DNA from: a virus
Taxonomy: Duplodnaviria > Caudoviricetes
Length of the DNA stretch: 54,037 nucleotides
IMG/VR virus record: IMGVR_UViG_3300013137_000026
Location: 1 to 54,037 of that record
Reading direction: 5' to 3' (one strand)
Shown piece after piece: positions 9,591 to 18,568 of the stretch. A model generated the notes under the pieces. The model was given only the letters and a program-made list of their open reading frames with translations, was not told where the DNA came from and made no database searches. The stretch's first letter is position 1, and each line of letters begins with the position of its first letter. The translations under genes and the position numbers were made by a program.

Positions 9591-10100
9591 ATGAGCAACA
9601 ATTCCATTCGAGTAGCAAATATTACAACAGGTTTTGTCGACGTTCCTGGCCAGATTTCTTTGAATATATACATGCAAGGATGCAAGAAAAACTGCTTAGG
9701 TTGCCACAATCCAAATTTACAATCATTTAATGGTGGCAAAGAGATAAATATTGATATTATGAAAGATATACTTAAGGGGCATTCTATGCCAACGTGGATT
9801 TGTTGGCTCGGTGGTGACGCAGTATATCAAGAAGAAGGCTTCACATTTTTCAATAAGTTTTTCAAAACAATAGGATATAAAATCTGTTTATATACCGGAA
9901 TGTATTTTGATGAAGTTTGTTTAATGCTTGATGATGTTGATTTGGTAATAGATGGTCCATGGAATGGTATACCAATAACAGATTCGGTTACAAATCAGAA
10001 CGTATATTTAAAACAACACAATGTCTGGAATCATATTAGATTTAGTGATTTAAAGCAGTTATTAAAGGAGACCAAAAATGTTGATTCGCCAATCATTTGA
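9591..10100 (+). CDS. nrdG: Anaerobic ribonucleotide reductase activase (radical SAM)
   Basis: DVPGQISL..YMQGCKKNCLGCHN (CxxxCxxC), LYTG, IDGPW, TNQ; adjacent to nrdD. Confidence 0.93.
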   Translation: MSNNSIRVANITTGFVDVPGQISLNIYMQGCKKNCLGCHNPNLQSFNGGKEINIDIMKDILKGHSMPTWICWLGGDAVYQEEGFTFFNKFFKTIGYKICLYTGMYFDEVCLMLDDVDLVIDGPWNGIPITDSVTNQNVYLKQHNVWNHIRFSDLKQLLKETKNVDSPII

Positions 10101-11973
10101 CCAACGGTTTGTAGATAAGTTAAAGGAGTTAGAAGCAAAATATGGCACCCAAATGTTTGATTTAGATGGTATAGGTGCAAAACATTTAGATGTAAATCAA
10201 TTTGCTAAAGATTTTTTTAAAACAAATGTTATGGCAAATATATCTACAGATGCTAATGCAAATGTTGATGATCATTCTGTTCTTTCGTTCGAATATGAAT
10301 TTGGTAAAACAATTCAAAAACTAAATGGGTATTATATTGTATGGAAAAAAATTGCAGAAGATCCAAATTTAGGCATCAAAAGAGCACATAGAATTTTGGA
10401 TTTATGTATTAATGGTTCCCTTAAAATACATGACCAACATCATATACTTCGGCCTTACTGTTATGCCTTTTCTCTTACACAATTAGTCCAACACGGTCTA
10501 CCATATATCAAGAAAATTAAAATAGGACCACCAAAACACTTTTCGTCTTTTATTAATTTGATTATTCAGTTCACCGCATACGCAAGCAATCAAATAGCTG
10601 GTGCAGCCGCATTTCCAGATCTGTTCATTTATATGGATTGGTTTGCAAGAAAAGATTTTGGAGAAGATTACTTATCCAACCCAAAGAATGTAGATTTAAT
10701 AAAACAAGATATCCAATCTTTAGTATATTCATGGAATTATCCATTTCGGGGGTCGCAAAGTTCATTCACGAATGTTAATCTATATGATGATTACTTTTTA
10801 AAGGATCTTTTTTCGAATACGATTTATCCAGATGTATCACGTCCCAATTTTGAGAGTATTAAAAAATTACAAACATTTTATGCGGAATGGTTTGTAGAAG
10901 AATCTAAGCAACAGTTGTTTACTTTCCCTATCAATACCGCAACGTTTTACAAAGATGAAAGCAATGATATTAAGGATACAGAGTTCATTGATCTTATCTC
11001 CAGACTCAATAGCATTAACGGAACATTCAATATCTATACTGGACCACTATCAAGTTTAAGTTCATGTTGCCGATTAAGATCTAATATCAGCAAGATTAAA
11101 GAATACACAAACTCGTTTGGCGCAGGAGGAACTACAATTGGATCACATAGAGTGGTAACATTAAACCTACCTAGGATTGCTTATGAGTCTGAAGATAATA
11201 TCGAGTTTATGAAGAAGCTTGAGTATAATATCAAAGCAGCTCAAGATATACTAGACGTACACAGGAAGATCATTGCTGATAATATTTCAAAAAATAAGCT
11301 GCCATTATATACTCATGGATTTATGCATCTTAGTAGACAATTTTCTACTATTGGATTTATTGGTATTAATGAAGCTTGTGAAATTCAGGGGCAAGATATT
11401 TTAAACGAACCAGGTTCAAAATTTGCAAAAAACATTCTTGATAAGATTAACGAACTAAATGAACAGAGAACTAAGATTGATGGGTTTATTCGTAACATAG
11501 AACAAGTACCTGGTGAATCTGCAGCAATAATGTTTGCTAAGAAAGATAAACTATTTTTCAACAATCAAAATTATAAACTCTATGCCAATCAATATATTCC
11601 GTTGTGGAAAAATGTTGACGTAGAAACACGAATTAAAGCACAGGGCATGTTTGATAGTTTATGCGGCGGTGGAGCAATTTGTCATTTGAATGTTACTGAT
11701 AGTTTGGAACCTGAACAAATGAAGATTCTCATCATCAATGCCGCAAAACAAGGTGTTATTTATTTTGCGGTAAACATGAACCAAGCTAAATGTTCTTCTT
11801 GTGGTAAAGTGTTTATAGGAAAATTTGATAAATCTCCATGTCATAATGCCCATGTTACTAACTATCTTAGAATTGTTGGTTTTCTTACCGCTGTAGATAA
11901 TTGGATACCAGAACGAAGAGAAGAGTATACAGAACGACAATTTTACGGTAAAGGTGATTTTATTAAGACCTAG
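10078..11973 (+). CDS. nrdD: Anaerobic class III ribonucleotide reductase, no ATP cone
   Basis: PYC, PPKHFSSF, TFP, SCCRL, EQVPGES, GGAICH, CSSCG, glycyl-radical loop RIVGFL. Confidence 0.95.
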   Translation: MLIRQSFDQRFVDKLKELEAKYGTQMFDLDGIGAKHLDVNQFAKDFFKTNVMANISTDANANVDDHSVLSFEYEFGKTIQKLNGYYIVWKKIAEDPNLGIKRAHRILDLCINGSLKIHDQHHILRPYCYAFSLTQLVQHGLPYIKKIKIGPPKHFSSFINLIIQFTAYASNQIAGAAAFPDLFIYMDWFARKDFGEDYLSNPKNVDLIKQDIQSLVYSWNYPFRGSQSSFTNVNLYDDYFLKDLFSNTIYPDVSRPNFESIKKLQTFYAEWFVEESKQQLFTFPINTATFYKDESNDIKDTEFIDLISRLNSINGTFNIYTGPLSSLSSCCRLRSNISKIKEYTNSFGAGGTTIGSHRVVTLNLPRIAYESEDNIEFMKKLEYNIKAAQDILDVHRKIIADNISKNKLPLYTHGFMHLSRQFSTIGFIGINEACEIQGQDILNEPGSKFAKNILDKINELNEQRTKIDGFIRNIEQVPGESAAIMFAKKDKLFFNNQNYKLYANQYIPLWKNVDVETRIKAQGMFDSLCGGGAICHLNVTDSLEPEQMKILIINAAKQGVIYFAVNMNQAKCSSCGKVFIGKFDKSPCHNAHVTNYLRIVGFLTAVDNWIPERREEYTERQFYGKGDFIKT

Positions 11974-11985
11974 AATACCTTTTAG

Positions 11986-11992
11986 ATAAATA
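11986..11992 (+). promoter_or_regulatory. Late promoter motif ATAAATA (gp13)
   Basis: gATAAATAatttaaaGAGGT then ATG 12010. Confidence 0.65.
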
Positions 11993-12009
11993 ATTTAAAG
12001 AGGTATTTT

Positions 12010-13449
12010 ATGGCTATATCGTTTAGTGTTCTACCCAGTCGGACACAAATATTTGCAGCTCCGTATGTTTCTATAACAGCAACAGACACTACAGATGCTG
12101 TTTCTGCTGTTTCGGCATGGAATTGGATTTTTAATAAGACATTAGTAAGTACCAATAGTGCTTGGTCCTATAGATTTTTTAGTTCTAACACAGTCGCAAC
12201 CTTATACTTATCAGCACAATCCCCATTTGGTAATGCTTATAGTAGTGCTGTTAACATTACAATATTAGATTATCCTAGTATAGCTTCTTTCGAGGTGTTA
12301 CCTGGCGTAGATTTAACAATTGGTGCTACTAGTCGAGCGGTAACAATCACTGCTCAAGATACGTCACCGGTGATATCTGGTATTTCTGCTTGGAACTGGA
12401 CTTTTAATGATGTTACAGTCAGCAATACCAATAATTGGATTTATACATTTTTTGATATTATTACTGGAGATATTGGATTAACAGTATCAGGACCATATGG
12501 TTCTACAACTCTAACAGATCAAGAATTTAGAATCACAGACGAGCGGGTAAATGCATGTATTAAAGAACCAGTATTACCAATAGGTATTAAAGGTAGTACA
12601 ACATTTAACCCATATATAACCAGTTACAATTTACTAGGTGATAGAATCAAGTTTCAGCTTGGATGGCCAGCGGTTAACATAGAGATATGCGACGATAACA
12701 TATATGATTTCATACATCAGGCCATTGAGTGGTATTCTAAATATGCTGGGTATACTGAAGAGTATTTAATGTTTGACGGTGCCAAGACCTATGAACCAGG
12801 TTTAGGGTTTAAAATAGATAATGCAATAAATGCCATTTATAAATGGCAAACTAATAGATGTCAAACATCAACATACAATCCAGCGGTAACAGCACAATAT
12901 TTTGATTGTGATTTAAACAATTATCGAAAAGTAATAGACGTATTTTCTCTAGATCCTGTTGAATTTACAGGTACCGATGTATTATTTACTCTTGATTATC
13001 TATTTGCTCAGCAAACATATTTTAGTTATCTATTAGGCAGTTTTGGATTTGATTTAATCACCTGGCATATCTTAAAAGATTGGTTAAAACTTAGAGAGAA
13101 GTTGTTTGCTACGAAACCATTAGTTCGGTTCGATCCAAGAACTCAATATTTACAAATGACACCAGAACCTAATTATCAGAACAATTTTTATGGGGTTATT
13201 GGATGTTACATAGAAAGACCAATTTCTCAGTTAGTTCAAGAGAGATGGGTGCAAAGGTACGCGTTGGCACTGACGATGATAGCGCTAGCTTTTATTCGCG
13301 GAAAATATGGTCAAGCGACGTTATTTGGTGGTGCCAACCTCCAATCAACAGATTTAATGACGATGGGTATTAAAGATAAAGAGTTACTAGAGAAGGAGTT
13401 AATGGAATCGTTTGGAGAGGTAACTCCACCCGCATTTTATCATGGATGA
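12010..13449 (+). CDS. gp13: Neck protein (T4 gp13-like) with two N-terminal PKD-like domains
   Basis: RIKFQLGWPAVNIEI...DFIHQAIEWY, WVQRYALAL...RGKY...LFGG; N-terminal SAWNW-x-F repeats. Confidence 0.8.
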   Translation: MAISFSVLPSRTQIFAAPYVSITATDTTDAVSAVSAWNWIFNKTLVSTNSAWSYRFFSSNTVATLYLSAQSPFGNAYSSAVNITILDYPSIASFEVLPGVDLTIGATSRAVTITAQDTSPVISGISAWNWTFNDVTVSNTNNWIYTFFDIITGDIGLTVSGPYGSTTLTDQEFRITDERVNACIKEPVLPIGIKGSTTFNPYITSYNLLGDRIKFQLGWPAVNIEICDDNIYDFIHQAIEWYSKYAGYTEEYLMFDGAKTYEPGLGFKIDNAINAIYKWQTNRCQTSTYNPAVTAQYFDCDLNNYRKVIDVFSLDPVEFTGTDVLFTLDYLFAQQTYFSYLLGSFGFDLITWHILKDWLKLREKLFATKPLVRFDPRTQYLQMTPEPNYQNNFYGVIGCYIERPISQLVQERWVQRYALALTMIALAFIRGKYGQATLFGGANLQSTDLMTMGIKDKELLEKELMESFGEVTPPAFYHG

Positions 13450-13533
13450 TATCTCTTTCTATATCAACGATTTATATACATGTTATTTTTTGGTAAAGTA
13501 TCACCGATAATGATAATATTTATGAGGTGATAT

Positions 13534-13874
13534 ATGACCCATAAAGAAACAATTCAGCAATCAATAGATAAAATTAAGGATCTATACAATCAAGGTACCC
13601 CATTACAAAAAATCGCGAAAATAATTGAAGTTAATTCTGCAGTATTATATGATTATATTCACAAAAATCATACATTCGGCACTAAACAAAAAATTAGATA
13701 AAATTCCAACCCAAACTAAATCTTATTGTTGAGATTAAATCTGAATATATTTTAGAACAACAAGGCAAAGCAAACCAACTCCTCAAAGAACAAGCATGTA
13801 GAACCGCTGGTTATAATTACATTCTCATCCTTAACAACAACTTCACCCATTTTCGTTCATATTTTGATAAATAA
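13534..13874 (+). pseudogene. Internally deleted, frameshifted HTH + PD-(D/E)XK homing endonuclease relic
   Basis: 13534-13701 MTHKETIQQSIDKIKDLYNQGTPLQKIAKII (HTH); 13698-13874 in another frame PKLNLIVEIKSEYILEQQ...LLKEQACRTAGYNYILILNNNF...FDK*. Confidence 0.7.
13867..13873 (+). promoter_or_regulatory. Late promoter motif ATAAATA
   Basis: gATAAATAattcaGAGG before ATG 13889. Confidence 0.65.
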
Positions 13875-13888
13875 TTCAGAGGCTTGAT

Positions 13889-14791
13889 ATGAAATCAATT
13901 AAAGTTATATTAGCAATATGTTTTTCAGTTTTAATGGGCGGTTGCGCCAGTTATAAAATTGTATTTGACCATGAAGAAGCTCGAGGAAATTACAAAGGGT
14001 GCTGTATGGTAAATACTAAATTTGGTCCTATAGCCAGTGTATATAATAATGATTCAAGACATAATAGTGAATTAATGGTTAATTGGGCAACAGTATATAA
14101 AGGTAGTCAAGAAACAATTGGTCAAGGTGTAGAATTTAATAATAAGGTTTATTTTCCTGCAGAAAACGGTAAAGGAATTGTTTTTGATGGTACAACAGCT
14201 CGTGGTACTGTTAGTTTAAGACATAGTTCGGCTGTTATTATCTATAAAGGAACGCCATGTTTTGTATCCTCTGAAGATAGTGGCGAATATGTCATTAATG
14301 CAGAATCAGGTGAAAAAATTCTTAAGCTTAATGTTGGAGCAAAGGTTGGTATTCCGTTTGCTGCAGCACAGTTGCCCAGTTCAGATGAATGGATTATTGC
14401 TTTAGCTGATAATAATGGAAATGAACAATTGGTTACTACCGACGGAAAAACAATATCACTTCCTAATGTAACTTCTGTAGCTAATTGGAATGGAACAATT
14501 ATTGCTGGAGCAGCTGGAGTTCTTTATAAGGTTGATGTTAATAAATCTTCTGTTAAGAAATATAAGAGTACAGGATCAGAAATTGTTAATAATTTATGGG
14601 TTGATGGCACTAAATTATGGGTTTCGTGTTCTGGTACTGATAAGTTACTTTATTACGACTCTTTTGGGATATCGCATAAGGTTGGTGAATTAAAAGATGA
14701 TGAAGGATCTGCATTGTTCGATACAAGAGTCACCAAGGATTGGTGGTATCGAGCTATTGGTTCAAGAGCACAATGGTATAGAGTAGAATAA
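13889..14791 (+). CDS. Putative lipoprotein, beta-rich (propeller-like)
   Basis: MKSIKVILAICFSVLMGGC signal peptide with lipobox-like Cys; repeated short beta-strands. Confidence 0.65.
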   Translation: MKSIKVILAICFSVLMGGCASYKIVFDHEEARGNYKGCCMVNTKFGPIASVYNNDSRHNSELMVNWATVYKGSQETIGQGVEFNNKVYFPAENGKGIVFDGTTARGTVSLRHSSAVIIYKGTPCFVSSEDSGEYVINAESGEKILKLNVGAKVGIPFAAAQLPSSDEWIIALADNNGNEQLVTTDGKTISLPNVTSVANWNGTIIAGAAGVLYKVDVNKSSVKKYKSTGSEIVNNLWVDGTKLWVSCSGTDKLLYYDSFGISHKVGELKDDEGSALFDTRVTKDWWYRAIGSRAQWYRVE

Positions 14792-14803
14792 TGTTCTTAT
14801 TTA

Positions 14804-14810
14804 ATAAATA
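14804..14810 (+). promoter_or_regulatory. Late promoter motif ATAAATA
   Basis: ATAAATAattcaGAGGT before ATG 14827. Confidence 0.65.
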
Positions 14811-14826
14811 ATTCAGAGGTATATTA

Positions 14827-15141
14827 ATGAACAACAAAGATACTCGATTATTAGAAGAAGCATATGGCGGAATGATTAAATCAAAAATTCCTGGTGCTCG
14901 AAGAATGCATCCACCAGTAGCTAATACTCCATCCGAAATTGGTACAATCAAGAAAACTCTTAAGCTTAAGCCCACGGCACGTATAAAATTACAAATACGT
15001 AAAGAATTAAAATTTTCAGGAATATCACAAGATCGGGCTGAAGCAATAATGGGTATGATAGAAGATTTAGAGATGGAAGCAGAACATGATGGTTATATGG
15101 ATGGCAGTGATCCTGGGGAACCCGGTCCCGATCCAAGGTAA
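14827..15141 (+). CDS. KD-motif protein (putative internal head protein)
   Basis: MNNKDTRLLEEAY. Confidence 0.75.
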   Translation: MNNKDTRLLEEAYGGMIKSKIPGARRMHPPVANTPSEIGTIKKTLKLKPTARIKLQIRKELKFSGISQDRAEAIMGMIEDLEMEAEHDGYMDGSDPGEPGPDPR

Positions 15142-15149
15142 TACAAATT

Positions 15150-15491
15150 ATGAATAAAAAAGACATACAAATACTAACTGAAGCATATTCACACATTCAT
15201 GAAGCTGAAGTGGGTACCATGCCAATTGATCCTAAATACAACATTGCTTCTGCAGAATCAGCACCAGGAATGGCCAAGGTTGATAAAGCGTTAGAGTTAA
15301 GTAATCCAAAAGATGTGGGCAAGAATGCTGAAAAGTCTACTAACAAAAAAATTATAAATGAATTAAAAGAACTTGTTAAATCATTACAAAATGCGAGACG
15401 TGGCTATAATAGTGGCGAATGGGGTGAAGGTTGGGAAGCTGGCATGACAAGTGCATCATATCAATTAGAAGAATTAATTTCTCAATTATAG
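15150..15491 (+). CDS. KD-motif protein (putative internal head protein)
   Basis: MNKKDIQILTEAYSHIHE-A. Confidence 0.75.
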   Translation: MNKKDIQILTEAYSHIHEAEVGTMPIDPKYNIASAESAPGMAKVDKALELSNPKDVGKNAEKSTNKKIINELKELVKSLQNARRGYNSGEWGEGWEAGMTSASYQLEELISQL

Positions 15492-15500
15492 GTCTGAAAC

Positions 15501-15806
15501 ATGAATAAAAAAGATATTAAACAATTAAATGAAGCCTACTCAAAAGTTAAACCCATCAATGAGGTACATTATGCCTATCCAGGTAATATGGCTCATTTAA
15601 TGACACATAAAAGTCTTCAATCGCCGGTATCTGAACCACGATTACCCATTAGTACTGATCAAATAGCTCACGAGGTGACAAGTAGAGTATGGGATCTTTT
15701 TGAAGATGCTGTAAATAATCAGAGAAGATTATCAGAACCATGTGTTAAACGTATAGTTCTAAGTATAATAGAGAAATATTTCAAAGATAGGGGACAACAT
15801 GAATAA
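15501..15806 (+). CDS. KD-motif protein (putative internal head protein)
   Basis: MNKKDIKQLNEAYSKVKPINE. Confidence 0.75.
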   Translation: MNKKDIKQLNEAYSKVKPINEVHYAYPGNMAHLMTHKSLQSPVSEPRLPISTDQIAHEVTSRVWDLFEDAVNNQRRLSEPCVKRIVLSIIEKYFKDRGQHE

Positions 15807-16956
15807 AGACGATATCAGAATGATGACAGAGGTATATAACAAAATGCCTAACAGAAAAGAAACAGGGTTTATTCAAATCGAAACCCCTAATGATTATACA
15901 AATTTTATTAGATTACTTGGATATGATTCCCAGCAATTATTTGAAACTACTACTGGTGGAAGTTGGAAAACTTTAAAGGGTAAATGGATTGAGGTAACTA
16001 AAGCTGAGGTAATAAGTCATTTTAGTCAATCCCCCTATAAATCTGCCGAGAGTTTAAATGAAAACGATGATATCGTTGAACTTATTAATGGTAGATTAAT
16101 TATTGATAAGCCTAATAAGTATACACCAAAATCCTTTAAGGAGAGTAAAATGAAAGATAATGATTTAACTATGTTACAAGAGAAATATGCTAATATATAT
16201 TCTGGAAATGTGGACGATTCTGATGAGGATGAAGAGAGCGAAGAGAAGGAAGATAAAGAAGAAAATCATAAGAAACATGAAGATTCTGAATCAGAGGACG
16301 AAGAAAAAGAAGAACATGAATCCGATGAGGATGAAGATAAAGAGGAGAAACATGAAGATTCTGAATCAGAGGACGAAGAGAAGGAAGAACACGAAGACGA
16401 CTCCGAAGGAGACAACGCCGACGCCGACGAAGAGTCCGAATCTTCTAACGACGATAGTGAAGAATCTTCTGATGGAGAAGCAGCCCCAAGCAAAGAAGTC
16501 CAAAACAAGATTCAAGCTCTTAAGAAACAATATAACGACATATTAGTAAAAGCGTTTACAGATTACGCTCCTGAGTGTATTGAAATGGCTCTTGATGAAT
16601 CTGAAACGTCATTTGGCGAAAATGTAGAAAATATTCTTTCTGCAGCATTAGAACATCTTAAGACACGAATATTATCTGATTTTGGTTTAGGTAGTGAGTG
16701 TGGTTGTGAATTGGATAATGTTGGTACCGATCATGACGAAACAGATCTCGAAGGTGAAGTTGTACCAAAGTTAAATTCTAAAATAGGAACAATATTAAAG
16801 TTCGGAGAAGCTACAGATGAAGATGCTGAAGGCTTTGAAGCAACTAAATTTGGTGCCTCAGGACATTCTGAAGGACATGAAGCAACTAAATTTGGATCAG
16901 GTTTAAACAGAAAAAACAAAAAGAAGTCCAAAAAAGACAAGGCTAAAAATAAGTAA
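15799..16956 (+). CDS. Acidic KD-motif protein with probable internal in-frame start at 16150
   Basis: MNKDDIRMMTEVY at start; MKDNDLTMLQEKY at residue 118 after AAGGAG; D/E-rich tract; Lys-rich tail. Confidence 0.75.
   Translation: MNKDDIRMMTEVYNKMPNRKETGFIQIETPNDYTNFIRLLGYDSQQLFETTTGGSWKTLKGKWIEVTKAEVISHFSQSPYKSAESLNENDDIVELINGRLIIDKPNKYTPKSFKESKMKDNDLTMLQEKYANIYSGNVDDSDEDEESEEKEDKEENHKKHEDSESEDEEKEEHESDEDEDKEEKHEDSESEDEEKEEHEDDSEGDNADADEESESSNDDSEESSDGEAAPSKEVQNKIQALKKQYNDILVKAFTDYAPECIEMALDESETSFGENVENILSAALEHLKTRILSDFGLGSECGCELDNVGTDHDETDLEGEVVPKLNSKIGTILKFGEATDEDAEGFEATKFGASGHSEGHEATKFGSGLNRKNKKKSKKDKAKNK
16272..16379 (+). repeat. 33-bp direct repeat (75-bp period) encoding KHEDSESEDEE
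   Basis: gaaacatgaagattctgaatcagaggacgaaga at 16272 and 16347. Confidence 0.85.
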
Positions 16957-16978
16957 ATTTCATTAGAGAATGAGTTAA

Positions 16979-17425
16979 TTGAAAAGATATAAACAGGGGA
17001 TTTATCGACCTATACACCAAGAGAAGTATCGCGGATCCCAACCTATATGTTATCGCAGTTCTCTTGAACTTAGGTTCATGAGATTTTGTGACACCAATTC
17101 AAATATTATTACTTGGGGATCTGAGTCGGTAGTACTGCCATATATCCGTCCTACCGATGGTAAACTACATAGATATTTTGTTGACAACAATCTAGTTATC
17201 AAAGATAAAGAAGGAACATTACATAAATATCTAGTTGAAATTAAACCATATAAACAAACACTACCACCCAGCAGTATTAATAGAAAAAATAAAGGAACTT
17301 TACTAAAAGAACAATTTATGTATGCAATTAACATGGCCAAGTTTCAAGCTGCAAAACAATGGTGCGCTAAACAAGGTTGGAAATTCATGATTATTACCGA
17401 AAAGGATCTCAACAAATTAAAGTAA
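16979..17425 (+). CDS. gp4: Head completion nuclease (T4 gp4-like)
   Basis: KQG.YRP...KYRG...YRSSLE..FMRFCD...WGSE...HRYFVD...VEIKP; TTG start. Confidence 0.92.
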   Translation: MKRYKQGIYRPIHQEKYRGSQPICYRSSLELRFMRFCDTNSNIITWGSESVVLPYIRPTDGKLHRYFVDNNLVIKDKEGTLHKYLVEIKPYKQTLPPSSINRKNKGTLLKEQFMYAINMAKFQAAKQWCAKQGWKFMIITEKDLNKLK

Positions 17426-17429
17426 AGTG

Positions 17430-17436
17430 ATAAATA
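17430..17436 (+). promoter_or_regulatory. Late promoter motif ATAAATA (gp21)
   Basis: gATAAATAttt then GGAGG and ATG 17458. Confidence 0.65.
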
Positions 17437-17457
17437 TTTACGAATTATGGAGGAATT

Positions 17458-18138
17458 ATGACCTGCGCACTAGAAGGCTTAAAACTGCTTATCGAACATC
17501 CAAATTATGAAATAGAATACGTTCTAGAAGAAAAAAACACAAAAGAACCTTCTTCACTTTTTATCCACGGTCCATACTTAATGGCGGAACAAAAAAATAA
17601 AAATGGGCGCGTTTATAAATTAGATGAGATGCTCAAAGAGGTTACCAGGTATAATAAAGAAATGATTGAAACCAATAGATCAATCGGTGAACTCAATCAT
17701 CCGACTTCGGTTGAAATTAATCCAGAACGAGCTTGTCATAAACTAGTCTCTCTCAAACAAGAAGGTAATACATTTGTAGGAAAATCTAAAATCCTTAATA
17801 CTCCTATGGGTCATTTAGTACGCAATCTAATTTTAGATGGGGTTAAGCTTGGTATTTCAAGTAGAGCATTAGGAAAATTAAACCAAAATGGTGATCATAA
17901 TGATGTATCAGATTTTCGTTTAATTTGTTGCGATATTGTTCACGATCCATCGGTAGAAACGGCTTTTATTAATGGTATTTTGGAAAGTAAGGAATGGCTT
18001 GTAAAGTGTGATGGTACCATTTGCGAACTATATGATAAATTTGAAAAGAAAATAGAGTCAATTCCTAATAAAGATGCCGACGCATATCTAAGAGAACAGA
18101 TTCTGAACTTTATTCAATCATTAAAAACAAAAAAATAG
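17458..18138 (+). CDS. gp21: Prohead protease (T4 gp21-like)
   Basis: NKNGRVY, GELNHP, TPMG, LGISSRALG, DIVHDPS. Confidence 0.96.
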   Translation: MTCALEGLKLLIEHPNYEIEYVLEEKNTKEPSSLFIHGPYLMAEQKNKNGRVYKLDEMLKEVTRYNKEMIETNRSIGELNHPTSVEINPERACHKLVSLKQEGNTFVGKSKILNTPMGHLVRNLILDGVKLGISSRALGKLNQNGDHNDVSDFRLICCDIVHDPSVETAFINGILESKEWLVKCDGTICELYDKFEKKIESIPNKDADAYLREQILNFIQSLKTKK

Positions 18139-18148
18139 ACCCAAAAAC

Positions 18149-18156
18149 TATAAATA
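18149..18156 (+). promoter_or_regulatory. T4 consensus late promoter TATAAATA (core/scaffold/capsid operon)
   Basis: Exact motif followed by GAGAGG and ATG 18176. Confidence 0.75.
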
Positions 18157-18175
18157 ATTAAGAGAGAGGTTCATT

Positions 18176-18559
18176 ATGCCAAAAGGAAGTAAGGTAGCTC
18201 ATTGCGTAAAGAAGGTTATGAAAAAAGGAAAAGACAAAGTTTCTGCTATTAAGATTTGCCAAACAAGTACAGGTCAATCTTATAAGACTGGCAAACCCTC
18301 TAAAACACAAAAAGAATCTGTTGAAAGTAATATTTCTGAAATGATTCGTGGAGTTTGTGACAAAGATTATTCTAATGCATTTAAGGCTCTTCAAGCAGCT
18401 GTTGAAGAAAAACTAAAGAATCGAATTCGTAATATTAGCGAAATGAACTCAAAGAAGACCGATAGCGTTCTTGAAGAGAAAAAGCCGTCTGACTTCAAGA
18501 AAAAGGAACCGAAAGAAAAGAAAATGAAGTCAGATAAAAAGTCCCAGGATTGTAAATAG
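18176..18559 (+). CDS. Prohead core protein (gp67-like helix) with basic Cys-containing N-terminal module
   Basis: Between gp21 and gp22; ISEMIRGVCDKDYSNAFKALQAAVEEKL resembles T4 gp67. Confidence 0.5.
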   Translation: MPKGSKVAHCVKKVMKKGKDKVSAIKICQTSTGQSYKTGKPSKTQKESVESNISEMIRGVCDKDYSNAFKALQAAVEEKLKNRIRNISEMNSKKTDSVLEEKKPSDFKKKEPKEKKMKSDKKSQDCK

Positions 18560-18568
18560 GAGAATAAT

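Noticed and set aside
16187-16940. Alternative-frame and antisense ORFs (16187+, 16266-, 16731-)
   Set aside because: Shadows of the low-complexity acidic tract
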